A DNA stretch of 64,000 nt from Acidobacteriota bacterium (GTDB taxonomy: Bacteria > Acidobacteriota > UBA6911 > RPQK01 > JAJDTT01). The notes below the pieces were generated by a model that saw nothing but the letters and a program-made list of their open reading frames with translations, was not told the DNA's origin and ran no database searches. The stretch covers positions 1,792,001 through 1,856,000 of the forward strand of contig OZ253580.1 of the NCBI GenBank assembly GCA_965263035.1, given 5' to 3'. The position numbers were made by a program, and so were the translations under genes. Positions within the stretch are counted from its first letter, which is position 1; the number at the start of each line of letters is the position of its first letter. Positions 1-9,124 of the stretch are shown here, piece by piece.

Positions 1-500
1 TCCGGATGCGCTTCCACAAACACCTCCAGCAGCAGCTCGTCCATCCCCGCCGGGTCGGCCACGATCTTCTTGTACGCGCCCTCCGGTCCCTCCAACGGAG
101 TCCGCTCCAGTCGGTTCAGGGTGCTCTTGCCTGCCAGCGGCTTGCCTCGATCCGACTCCACGCGCCGGAACTCCCCCGTCAGATCATCTCGATCACACAA
201 CAGCGCCAAGAGCCGGTCCCGGCACAACTCGTCGTGGTCGTTGAGGTCCTCGTAGCCCAGGCACAGCCCCAGCACCCGCTGTTTGATCAACGCCTCCACC
301 GGGTGTTCGACTCGATCCGAGTCTCGATAGTCGGTGAAGCATTCGCTCAGACGACCCAGAATCCGGGTCCGCTGCTCCACTTCGCGCAGGAGCACGCCAC
401 CGGCGTCGGAGGTGATCTCGCCGCCGTCGAACCGGCCCACGACATCCCGTCCGTCCAGGCCCTGAAATCTGAGCTTTATTCTGGTACACTCTGCGGTCAT
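1..500 (-). CDS. IS1380-family transposase, N-terminal part (runs off the left window edge)
   Basis: Manual translation from the ATG at 500 gives MTAECTRIKLRFQGLDGRDVVGRFDGGEITSDAGG...LGYEDLNDHD...LAGKSTLNRLE. These are typical IS1380 motifs. The ORF is absent from the track because it has no stop in the window. Confidence 0.9.
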   Translation of the reverse strand, partial: MTAECTRIKLRFQGLDGRDVVGRFDGGEITSDAGGVLLREVEQRTRILGRLSECFTDYRDSDRVEHPVEALIKQRVLGLCLGYEDLNDHDELCRDRLLALLCDRDDLTGEFRRVESDRGKPLAGKSTLNRLERTPLEGPEGAYKKIVADPAGMDELLLEVFVEAHP

Positions 501-595
501 AAGGTCGCGTCCCTTCTGCTTTGTAAGTTATTGATTACACAACACTTATAGCAGAAAACGCGGCCTTTATCAATCTTTCTGATGAGATATCCGGG
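1..595 (-). mobile_element. IS1380-family insertion sequence, transposase-proximal end
   Basis: On the minus strand the end reads CCCGGATATCTCATC from 595, directly next to CTAG (596-599). It lies ~95 bp upstream of the transposase start. Confidence 0.75.
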
Positions 596-857
596 CTAGT
601 TGGTCCGGCGTGAAAGGATCTCCAAGCTCGGTGCTAAATCGCTCAACGCCCATTCTCACGAATCCATTTTGGTATGTGGCGCTCTCGGGGGGACCCATCA
701 ACTTGTACATGCTCTTGAACATCCTGACTCGTGGAGGAGTGGCCGGTCCACCTAACAGCGGTGCCCGCTCGACGATCCGCCTTTCCTTTTCTTCCGTGCT
801 CAGGTTAGCTCGTAGCGGCTTTCGTTTCTCTGTAGTATTGTAGCGGTGAGATGTCAT
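570..857 (-). pseudogene. Small hypothetical protein, probably truncated by IS1380
   Basis: ATG at 857 has a GGGAGAG RBS. The last ~8 codons and the stop lie inside the IS1380 end. Confidence 0.45.
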
Positions 858-926
858 GTTCTTCTCTCCCTTTGTTTTCGCCCCTGGTCCATGGTCTCTA
901 AACACTGGATCGGGGGTGTATCTGTT

Positions 927-1226
927 TTACTTGCCAGCCGGGAGCAGCGGGAAGGTGAACCCGATCTTGCGTAGCAGGCGCAATTTCTTAACGGCCTTTT
1001 CGGGGAAGTGCGGACCCACGTCTCCCGCCTCGTGACTCAGCACGAATTCAGACAAGAGGGACCGAAAGGCGTCACTTATGGACAGTCTGCCATGAAACCG
1101 TCTGATCCACTCCAAAGCCTCCATTTCCTCCGGGGACAGTAGAACTCCGATATGGCGGTCCCGCGTCGGTAGGTCCATACGGTGGACCTCACCCTTTGGA
1201 CTCATGATAAACAGTTGTTTAGACAT
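927..1226 (-). CDS. Small protein, possible ribbon-helix-helix (CopG-like) DNA-binding protein
   Basis: Strong RBS (GGGAGGA). The pattern HIGVLLSPEEMEALEWIRR...SISDAFRSLL resembles a beta-strand-helix-helix fold. Confidence 0.5.
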   Translation of the reverse strand: MSKQLFIMSPKGEVHRMDLPTRDRHIGVLLSPEEMEALEWIRRFHGRLSISDAFRSLLSEFVLSHEAGDVGPHFPEKAVKKLRLLRKIGFTFPLLPAGK

Positions 1227-1330
1227 TGTGTTTCCTCCCTTTCAAAGAGAATGTATTTAATATTCGATTCAATACTACAGCACAGATAGATACAAAGCAA
1301 CTAGGAGGGTGTTGTCGAGAAGGGTGGACA

Positions 1331-1367
1331 CACCTCTTCCCGTGGTAAGTGGCCACGGGAAGAGGTG
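1331..1367. repeat. Perfect 15-bp inverted repeat with 7-nt spacer (terminator or recombination site)
   Basis: CACCTCTTCCCGTGG-taagtgg-CCACGGGAAGAGGTG, located between the recombinase and the small RHH-like gene. Confidence 0.85.
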
Positions 1368-1480
1368 GAGTTTCACCGGCGACTATAACAGGAAGTCAGC
1401 CACCGGCCCGCCCTGGATGTCGTGTTACCAGCGGCAGCTATGTTTAGTACCCAATCAGTCTAGCATAGACGCATAGGCAC

Positions 1481-2458
1481 TTACCATTCCATCATCTTCG
1501 CCACCCGTGACTGTGTGGCCTTCTGATTCCTCAGATAGACGCTGACCATGGCAGGAGTCTTCCAGCGTCCGGCGGTTTGGATCTCACTATCCCTCATTCC
1601 CATTGAGGCCAAGTGCTGGGCGAATCCACGGCGTAAGCCATGGGAACTCGTAGTCACCCCAGCGACGCTGGCCCGCTTCGGGACCAGCCTACCAACGTGT
1701 AAAGTTGTCATCCTTCGGTCGGTCACAACCGGGTTAATATCAAACCCGCATTTTTGGATAGCGGGAAACAGCACACCCGAGACGATGCCGGCCATTCCGA
1801 CCCACTTCATCACCATGGAGACGACTTTTTGGGGAACTGGTAAAACGGTCCCAGCCCCATACGCATCTGTTTTTGATCTTCTGATTGTCAGAAGCCCGGA
1901 CCCTTCCTTTTGAACTTCCAAGTCCTCAACATCCAGATGGGTCACTTCCGACACCCTCAATCCGGAAACGAACATGAGGGAGATGAGTGAAGCATCTCTG
2001 GCACCCCACAAGCTGCCTCTCGCGGTTGCCGTCCGACAAATCTTCTGTACCTGTTCCATGGTGACGGGCGCGGCACTTCCTCGCCCTCTTCCTGCTCCCT
2101 TCCGCCGTGCCATGCTCAGCATTGCCTCCGTCTCCATTCCATAGGGGGAAGGGTGCCTGAGTGCCTTCGCGCGAAACTTCGCCGCTGACACGGTGATACA
2201 GATACTGGGAGGGGCCAAGCCCCGTTCGTGCTCGGCGGTGATGAAATCCGCGAGCAATTCATCGGTGAGAGTACGTCCGCACAACCACGCATCCAGTTTC
2301 TTATTTGCTCTGCGGTAGACGCTTGCGGTGCCGTCCGATTTCCCCAAATAGGCACGGGTCAATTTTGGATCCTCTTTGATACTCCCGCTTCTCAGTTCAT
2401 TCAACTGCTCCGGTGAGAATAAAGACCCTCTACGACGAAAAGCTACAACGTTGCTCAT
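1481..2458 (-). CDS. Tyrosine recombinase/integrase, Cre-like
   Basis: Catalytic set R (GLRVSE), K (IRRSKTD), HxxR (SHGLRR), W (GRW) and Y (VSVY). Start placed at ATG 2458 with a GAGGA RBS. Confidence 0.92.
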   Translation of the reverse strand: MSNVVAFRRRGSLFSPEQLNELRSGSIKEDPKLTRAYLGKSDGTASVYRRANKKLDAWLCGRTLTDELLADFITAEHERGLAPPSICITVSAAKFRAKALRHPSPYGMETEAMLSMARRKGAGRGRGSAAPVTMEQVQKICRTATARGSLWGARDASLISLMFVSGLRVSEVTHLDVEDLEVQKEGSGLLTIRRSKTDAYGAGTVLPVPQKVVSMVMKWVGMAGIVSGVLFPAIQKCGFDINPVVTDRRMTTLHVGRLVPKRASVAGVTTSSHGLRRGFAQHLASMGMRDSEIQTAGRWKTPAMVSVYLRNQKATQSRVAKMMEW

Positions 2459-2671
2459 GCTGGATTCCTCCAAAGATATGATACGTCCCGTTAACCCAAA
2501 TGCCGGTTTTGATGGGTCGTGCGGTGGCTGTCGTGTCACCTGTCATGCGCCGCTGTCTCCCTTCGCCAACGGTTTCTCGGCGGGATGGATTTGTGTTTGA
2601 AGGATGTTGCAGCCGGATTTTGGAGTCAACCTCGATACGAGTTGCCGCATTCGACGAACGTTATGCCCCCG

Positions 2672-4345
2672 TTACACCCGTGTGGGCAGCGTCCGGTATT
2701 CGATGCTCAGCTCCAGGCTGTGGAGGATCATTTCGATCAGGACCTGAGGGTTCCGCTTCTTGAGGGTGGCTTCCAACCGGTTCGCTCCCTGCCGGATCCA
2801 GTCTCCGTGCGTGAGATCGTAGGACATGATGTAGTTGCCCTGGTACTCGATGGGTCCCGGCCCGACGCGGTTCATGGGAATTTCCAGACTTGGGTTCTCA
2901 GGCAACGGACGCCCGTTCCACTTCAGCTCCAGCACGTCTTCCGACGTCAGACCCACCACCGTCAGACTCAACTTGATCTCCTGGAGCATGCCTCTTCGAC
3001 GCGCCATGTCCAGGTCGTCCGCCACCAGGACCTCCACCTTTTTGGCCTTCCCCTCGGCCAACGCCTCCGGCAGCTGATGCACGAAGGCCTGGAAGACGTC
3101 GCTGCTGCGAGGATACTTCTTGAGGCAGTCGAAACAGCCGACCTCGGTATAGAGCTTGTCCTTGTGCTCCAGCGTCTTGGGATCTCCCAGTTCCTGGAAC
3201 ACCACCTCGGCTTCCTTCAGGTTGTGGCCGATATGGTGGTGGAAGTTGAACATGTAGATCCCGTCGACCCCCTGCCGCCAGGCGTTGGCGGCTCCGGCCC
3301 GGAGTGTCGCCGCGGGCGGACGCCGATGGTAGCCCGGCCCCACTTGTTCGGAAGTGCAGGCATAGACCCGGCATGAGGTCCCCTGAGCCAGAGCGACGAA
3401 CCTATCGAAGGGAATTCCCGTCGCCGTATCCCAATGGACTCCGGGCGATACGTAGTCGACCAATCCCTCCTGGATCCAGGTTTTCACATCCAGTCCGGTC
3501 TGACGGCACTTTCCCAGAGTTGCCGGCACCCGGACCCCGAATCCCAGGGGCCGGCCCCGATCGGCTCCGATGCGGTTGAACAAGGCCCTGGCTTCACGCA
3601 GATACCCGGTCAGGATCGGCCTCCCCTTCTCGATGTCGGGGAAATAGTGCCCGGGCTCGCGCAGGAAATCCCACTCGAAGCCGTCGGCGTCATAGCGGGT
3701 GCACGCGTCCTCTACCAGTTGCAGACGGTGCGCCCGGACCTCCGGTATTGCGAAGTTGAGGCCGACGCATTTCTCGGCGTAGACGCTTTCAGGACTATGG
3801 ACGCCCGAACCACAGTTGTCTCCCAACTCGTATTCTCGATGGGCAACCCGAAAGTGGCTCGGCCATTGAAAGCGGGGACCGTGTAGATCATTGAAGCGCA
3901 TGCCGATCCAGTACTGCAGGCCGGCTTCGTGAGCCAGCTCCAGAGACAGCTGCCAGGGATCGATGCCCTGGTCCAGAAGCCCTTGGATACAAGTCTGCTG
4001 TTTCCACTCGCTGACGTGAAGAAAGCTGTCCCGATCGATGCCCCGGGCATCGGCCACCCGGGTGGGAAACAGGGGAACCGCGTCGCCGAAGCCGAACATG
4101 TGGCAGACGACGGCGCCGATCTTGGTCCCGATGAACCGCCCCACGGCCTCGTAGACGAAATCCTCGGGCGCCCAGGGAGGGGAGGGATAGAAGAGGAAGC
4201 TGCCGTCGTTGTTGTAGAACAAAGGCGGCAGCGAAAGGCGCTCCGTCTTGGCCTCAAGAGGCCGGGCCGACGCGACTCCGGCCCCCGCCAAGGTCAGCGC
4301 GCCCACGTTTCGCTGAAACTCCCTCCGGTTCAGCTTCTTCGTCAT
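2672..4345 (-). CDS. Tat-exported glycoside hydrolase-like (GHL10/DUF187-type TIM barrel) protein
   Basis: Twin-arginine signal LNRREF. Motifs YNNDG, RFNDLH, DGFEWDF and GVDGIYMFNF are shared with the paralog at 50989. Confidence 0.65.
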   Translation of the reverse strand: MTKKLNRREFQRNVGALTLAGAGVASARPLEAKTERLSLPPLFYNNDGSFLFYPSPPWAPEDFVYEAVGRFIGTKIGAVVCHMFGFGDAVPLFPTRVADARGIDRDSFLHVSEWKQQTCIQGLLDQGIDPWQLSLELAHEAGLQYWIGMRFNDLHGPRFQWPSHFRVAHREYELGDNCGSGVHSPESVYAEKCVGLNFAIPEVRAHRLQLVEDACTRYDADGFEWDFLREPGHYFPDIEKGRPILTGYLREARALFNRIGADRGRPLGFGVRVPATLGKCRQTGLDVKTWIQEGLVDYVSPGVHWDTATGIPFDRFVALAQGTSCRVYACTSEQVGPGYHRRPPAATLRAGAANAWRQGVDGIYMFNFHHHIGHNLKEAEVVFQELGDPKTLEHKDKLYTEVGCFDCLKKYPRSSDVFQAFVHQLPEALAEGKAKKVEVLVADDLDMARRRGMLQEIKLSLTVVGLTSEDVLELKWNGRPLPENPSLEIPMNRVGPGPIEYQGNYIMSYDLTHGDWIRQGANRLEATLKKRNPQVLIEMILHSLELSIEYRTLPTRV

Positions 4346-4408
4346 GATGGTCCTCCCGTGAGCCCTGTCCCTGCGGACTCTCGGACCTCGATTCCCGCCC
4401 TGAAATCC

Positions 4409-5641
4409 TCAGGCCGGAATCCGCACGGCCCGGCGGCCGGCCGATGATTCCTTGGCCGCCTCGATGATCTCCAGCATGTGGACGTTGTCCCGAATCGGCG
4501 AGGGGGCCGGGGCCCCGGTCCGGGACGCCTCCAGAAAGTCGCGGAACAACTCTTCGGCCATAATGCCGCCGTAACCCGGCGTCTGCGGAATCTCGTAGGT
4601 CTTCCGGTGACGGCGGCCGCTGACCCAATGCCGTGCCTCACTGTAGAGAGTGTAGGTTCCGCCCGCAACGGCGGCATTCGTCGTCCCGTGTTCCACCGGC
4701 TCCACCAGCGGCAGGATGGAATAGCCTTCCGTTCCGCGCATGCCGACGTAGAAGTCGTAGACGGCCCGGCTCCCCTTCATGTGATATCCGGCCTGGAACG
4801 TCCCCAGCTTGCCGCTCTCGAAGCTCAACAACAGCAACCCGGTGTCCTCGACGGGGACCTTCTCGGGGTTCAGGTTGCCCACCATGGCCATGACCTCCAC
4901 CACCCGCTCCTGCATCAGGCCCAACACCAGGTCCATGCAATGGCACCCCAACCAGGACAGGATGCCGCTGCCCGAGGTCTTGGGGTCGAAGAGGTAGGTG
5001 GAGGTGTCCCGATACTCCAGCAGGCCGTTCAAGAGCTTGGCCTCGATCGTCATGATGCGGCCCAGGGCTCCGTCGGCCAGCGCCCGCTTCAAGTCCAGTA
5101 CCATGGGGTTGTAGCGCCACTGGAGCATGGCGCCGGCCGTCACGCCCTTCTTCTCCGCCAGTTCCGCCACCCGGCGGAGGTGCGACGAGTGGGTCGCCGC
5201 CGGCTTGTCGTACAGGACCGGCAGGCCGGCGGAGACGACCTGCTCCAGAATGGCGGGGGCCTGGTCGGGACGGGCGCAGACCGTCACCGCATCCAGGTCG
5301 TCCCTTGCCAGAAATCGGCCAAGGTTGGTGGACTTCGAGGCCACCTTGGAGGACCCGGCGGCGAGTTTCTCGACGTCGGCAAGTTCCGTGGCGGCGCAGA
5401 CGTGGATCTTGCCCACCTCCGAAAGCTGGTCCAGGACGCGCACATGTCCCCCGGCATGACCGTGGCCGGAGATGGCTCCCACCACCATCGATCCATCCCG
5501 GCCCGGGCTTGGCCCAAGCCTCGTTGGAAGGACGCCGCCGCTCGATCCCAACGGCTCGACGCCCCCCAGAACTTCCCGCCCCAAGGATCCCATCGCCGCC
5601 ACTGAGGGCAGCGCACAGCCGAGAAAGTTGCGTCTCTGCAT
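4409..5641 (-). CDS. Gfo/Idh/MocA family oxidoreductase with Tat signal
   Basis: QRRNFL signal, a DKP motif (EKP variant), GSGILSWLGCH and VEDT. Confidence 0.85.
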   Translation of the reverse strand: MQRRNFLGCALPSVAAMGSLGREVLGGVEPLGSSGGVLPTRLGPSPGRDGSMVVGAISGHGHAGGHVRVLDQLSEVGKIHVCAATELADVEKLAAGSSKVASKSTNLGRFLARDDLDAVTVCARPDQAPAILEQVVSAGLPVLYDKPAATHSSHLRRVAELAEKKGVTAGAMLQWRYNPMVLDLKRALADGALGRIMTIEAKLLNGLLEYRDTSTYLFDPKTSGSGILSWLGCHCMDLVLGLMQERVVEVMAMVGNLNPEKVPVEDTGLLLLSFESGKLGTFQAGYHMKGSRAVYDFYVGMRGTEGYSILPLVEPVEHGTTNAAVAGGTYTLYSEARHWVSGRRHRKTYEIPQTPGYGGIMAEELFRDFLEASRTGAPAPSPIRDNVHMLEIIEAAKESSAGRRAVRIPA

Positions 5642-5758
5642 TCTCTATTCCTCCATTTTCACGCCCGGTCTACAACGGATGCCGAAGGCCGCTCCGGGTT
5701 TCGCGGGGCGCCAGCGGCACGGGGATTGTAGTAGCCATGCGTCCTGAGACGCTACCCG

Positions 5759-5792
5759 CTTCGGTGAGCCATATCCGGCGAAGAAATCACAT
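5759..5792 (+). promoter_or_regulatory. Conserved upstream motif, copy 1
   Basis: 29/34 identical to 6658-6691. Both copies begin 176 nt before the ATG of paralogous genes. Confidence 0.55.
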
Positions 5793-5934
5793 TCGTTGTT
5801 ATGAGAGCGTTTCCTGGTACGGACGTCTCCACCAACAGCAAGAACGGGAGCCCGATGATCCGACGCCGGCCGGTCACGTCGGCGTTTGGGAGCCGCGCCC
5901 AGGCGGCGGGCTTATTTCTAAGGAGGTATAGGCA

Positions 5935-6510
5935 ATGAGGTATTGCACTTGCCGGAACACCGGTTGGTTCAGAAAAACCACGGCGACGGGGCTGGTCCCG
6001 TTGCTGCTGGCGCAGTTCTTGATCGCACTGCTGTGCGTTCCCGACACGTTGAAGGCCGGTGCGGAGATTCGCCGCGAGATGACCTCGGAGGAACTTCGCG
6101 ATTTTCTGAGCGGCCAGGAAAAGTTCACGATTCTACTCTCGGAGGGGGGCGCCGTCCGGGGTAATGGGATCACAGTTCTGGCCGACAACATACATCTCGG
6201 TCGCATTACGAGAGCCACGGATGAGAAAAGGCACCCTAACGGTTCCGAAACCTCGATCGCCATAGGTTCAGTCAAAGAAATCCGCGTGGAGAAAATGCGG
6301 GGTAGCTTGCGGCGGTCGGGAGCCGTGGGTTTCGGACTTCTAGGATGTTGGATGGGGGCAGGTTTCGCGCTTGGTGATCCCCCTGCTATCAGAAACTCGG
6401 CGGCGGGTTTAACGGTCTGGCTTGGTTCGATTGTGGGTGGAGCATTTCTCGGCCACAAGTTGGGCAAACGCAAGGATCGTGAGACTACAATCATCAAGAT
6501 CGTCGACTAA
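5935..6510 (+). CDS. Exported/membrane hypothetical protein with C-terminal glycine-zipper helices (paralog 1)
   Basis: GGAGG RBS and a hydrophobic signal. Shares KAG.EIRRE, LSEGGAVRG, SVKEIRVEK, GG.FLGH.LG and TTII with 6834..7394. Confidence 0.75.
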   Translation: MRYCTCRNTGWFRKTTATGLVPLLLAQFLIALLCVPDTLKAGAEIRREMTSEELRDFLSGQEKFTILLSEGGAVRGNGITVLADNIHLGRITRATDEKRHPNGSETSIAIGSVKEIRVEKMRGSLRRSGAVGFGLLGCWMGAGFALGDPPAIRNSAAGLTVWLGSIVGGAFLGHKLGKRKDRETTIIKIVD

Positions 6511-6657
6511 GCGGCTCGATTCCTTCCGGCGTATCCGCCAGGGCCCCAAGAAAAGTCCCCGGCGACGGCAGACATTCCACCTCATTCCCATGTGAGAAAT
6601 CGGACCTTGATCCGGAATCTGCAGCGCAGCACGCTGCACGCGGGTTAATTTCCTCCA

Positions 6658-6691
6658 CTTCGGTGAGCCCATTCCGGCAAAAAAATCACAT
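6658..6691 (+). promoter_or_regulatory. Conserved upstream motif, copy 2
   Basis: See 5759-5792. Confidence 0.55.
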
Positions 6692-6833
6692 CTATCGACG
6701 CGGAGATCCTCTCGTGGGTACGGAGGGTGCAAAAAACGAGGAGGACAGGAAAGCGATTATCCGCCGGTGACCATTGCCGCCGGTGCTTGAACGTTGAATC
6801 CCAGCGACTGAGCGATTTCGAGGAGGTGGCGCC

Positions 6834-7394
6834 ATGGCAAGTCTCACACTCAAGAACAGCAGATGGATCAGGATAACCACGGCGGCGGGGCTGGCTCCTT
6901 TGACGCTGGCGCGAATCTCCATCGTCCTGTTGTGTCTTCCCCAGACCGTGAAGGCCGGTTCGGAGATTCGCCGTGAGTTGGCCTGGGAGGACCTTCCCGC
7001 CGTTCTTCACGGAGAGAAGGTCACCGTCACGCTGTCGGAGGGGGGCGCCGTCCGTGGTGGCGTGGTCGTGGTTCAGGAAGACGGCGTCTACCTGCCCAAG
7101 GTGACCATGGCCACCGACGGAATCCGCTATCCCGGTGGGTTCGACGCCTCGGTCCCCAGAGACTCGGTCAAGGAAATCCGAGTGGAGAAAGTGCTGGAGG
7201 ACGCAGCGATCGGGGGTGCGGTTGTGGGAGCCATTGCGGCCTTTGGCCTGACCGGCCTCACGCTCCTCAGTGCTCCTTGGGACCCAAGTCTGGAGTGGAC
7301 GACCCTACTGGTTTCGCCTGTGGGAGGCGGTTTTCTCGGACACCGGTTGGGCAGACGCCTGGGTCGCAAAACCACCATCATTACGGTTCGTTGA
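6834..7394 (+). CDS. Exported/membrane hypothetical protein (paralog 2)
   Basis: GAGGAGG RBS and clear similarity to 5935..6510. Confidence 0.75.
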   Translation: MASLTLKNSRWIRITTAAGLAPLTLARISIVLLCLPQTVKAGSEIRRELAWEDLPAVLHGEKVTVTLSEGGAVRGGVVVVQEDGVYLPKVTMATDGIRYPGGFDASVPRDSVKEIRVEKVLEDAAIGGAVVGAIAAFGLTGLTLLSAPWDPSLEWTTLLVSPVGGGFLGHRLGRRLGRKTTIITVR

Positions 7395-9075
7395 TCGGCA
7401 GCCCCCCCGGAAGTCCGCTCCCGAATTGCAGGCGATTCGAGCCGTTCACGGCCTTGGGCGCCGGCCGCAAGGCCAACTTCACCCTGCCTTGGGGTATTCG
7501 ATTTCTGCAAATGCGAAACGCGTAGACACTGCCTCGACGCAGCCACAGGCGCAATTTCACGACTCGTCCCCGCAATCGGCTCAGGTCCCGCCGATTCTTC
7601 CAGCGCACCGGCACTCGCAGGCCGTCGACCTGCCGCAGCACGAGGGCCTCTGCTCGGGAAAAGCCCGGGATCGGCTCACCGTCGGCATTCAGCACCTCGA
7701 CGGTGAGTTCGCCGTTCGGGACCTCCAGGTTGACCTCGACTTCCTCGCCCTCGACCCGAAACGGCCGGGTGGTGGCCCAGCCCAATCGATCGGATGCAGT
7801 CAACGAAACGAAACGATCCAGCGGAACCGTGGCCAGGCCGATGCCGGTGGGCGCTCCAGCGCCTCCCCGGCCGCTGTGAGAGATGGGACGCCCGACGTAG
7901 TAGATCCAGTGCTTGTCCTTCCAGGTGACGATGTTGGGAGCCGGCTGGATCCATTTGGCGTCGAAGCTTCCGGTAGGGCCACGGGTCAGGAACGGCTGGT
8001 TCCGGTACACCCACTCCAGATTCCAGGGGCGATCCCCGCGAGTCGTGGCCAGAAAGAAGTCCATCTCCTCGCTGTCCCCCGGCCGTTCCAGCGACCAGAG
8101 CAGCCCGAACTGGACACTCTCGTAGATCCATCCGTTCAAGCTGTAGATCTGGCGGGCCCACTCGTAATCCTTCCTGCCACTCTCCCGCCCCAGACACCAC
8201 TCGCGCACGGTCGTCCAATCTCCAGGGTGACTCCGGAGCTCCGTCCATGGGTTGACCATGTCCCGCGTTCCCCGAATCTCTCCCTTGCCTCCTCCCGTTC
8301 CATAGTCGGTCCGGGTGTAGAGGCGGTAGACCCCCGCATACGGATCCCAGAGCACCTGGTTGATGGTGTCCGCGGCCCGGCCGGTGATGGGCCGGCCCTG
8401 GTCGTAGTAGCTCCAGCGAAGACCGTCGGGGGAATAGGCCAGGGCGGTGGTGGTGCCGTGTCCCTTCTCGGCTCCGACGGCTGCCTTGTACTTGTGGCGC
8501 GGGTCCTTTTCGTTGGGATCGACAAAGGGGCAGTACACCTGCGGACGGCCGATCTGATAGATGTTGTTGGCCCGGCTGCCGTCGAATTCCACGAGTCCGA
8601 GCTGGGGCTTGACCCAGCGGACGCCATCCCGGGATTCGGCGTAGCAGAAGGTCGCCGAATCCCCGCCGGAGCCGGCGGCCCGGTACCAGATGCGGAACCG
8701 GCCGTCCTCCCGGAGCACGGCACCGACGATCGGCACACCGAAGTCTTCCCAGGGAGTGTCGTCGACGATCACCGGCCGGCCGTCATTCACTTTCAGGGGA
8801 CGCCCGAGCCGGCGCGCCAGCTGGTGCTTCTCGGCAATGACGTGGTCGTCGACCAACAACTGCTTCTGTTCTCCGAATTGAAGAATGGGGCCGTCATCCG
8901 TCTCGCCGGCGCGGACAGAGGCGAAGAGCGGGGTCAAAAGGAGCGCGAAGAGTGGTTGGCGGCACCGACGGAAAAGGATCTCCCGTACCGTCGGCCCGGC
9001 CTGCGGAGAGATGGTCTCCGGCGTACGGCCAAAGAACGAAGGGACGGTCGTGGCGGCAGGGTTGATCAGGCTCAT
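7381..9075 (-). CDS. Secreted GH32/GH43-like beta-propeller protein (start uncertain)
   Basis: QLLVDD, YAESRDGVRWVKPQLGLVEFDG, YSPDGLRW and C-terminal LDRFVSL...YAF. Same family as the genes at 31516 and 61184. Confidence 0.65.
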   Translation of the reverse strand: MSLINPAATTVPSFFGRTPETISPQAGPTVREILFRRCRQPLFALLLTPLFASVRAGETDDGPILQFGEQKQLLVDDHVIAEKHQLARRLGRPLKVNDGRPVIVDDTPWEDFGVPIVGAVLREDGRFRIWYRAAGSGGDSATFCYAESRDGVRWVKPQLGLVEFDGSRANNIYQIGRPQVYCPFVDPNEKDPRHKYKAAVGAEKGHGTTTALAYSPDGLRWSYYDQGRPITGRAADTINQVLWDPYAGVYRLYTRTDYGTGGGKGEIRGTRDMVNPWTELRSHPGDWTTVREWCLGRESGRKDYEWARQIYSLNGWIYESVQFGLLWSLERPGDSEEMDFFLATTRGDRPWNLEWVYRNQPFLTRGPTGSFDAKWIQPAPNIVTWKDKHWIYYVGRPISHSGRGGAGAPTGIGLATVPLDRFVSLTASDRLGWATTRPFRVEGEEVEVNLEVPNGELTVEVLNADGEPIPGFSRAEALVLRQVDGLRVPVRWKNRRDLSRLRGRVVKLRLWLRRGSVYAFRICRNRIPQGRVKLALRPAPKAVNGSNRLQFGSGLPGGLPINEP

Positions 9076-9124
9076 TGCGGAAAGGCGCAATGCTCGCAGA
9101 TCCTCGGCGAACTTGTCAGGCCCC

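Noticed and set aside
6-551. 181-aa plus-strand ORF
   Set aside because: It is the in-register antisense shadow of the IS1380 transposase on the minus strand.
1481-2458. Integron integrase with cassette array
   Set aside because: The motifs are Cre-like (RRSKTD, GRW) rather than IntI-like, and no repeated attC-type sites were seen.
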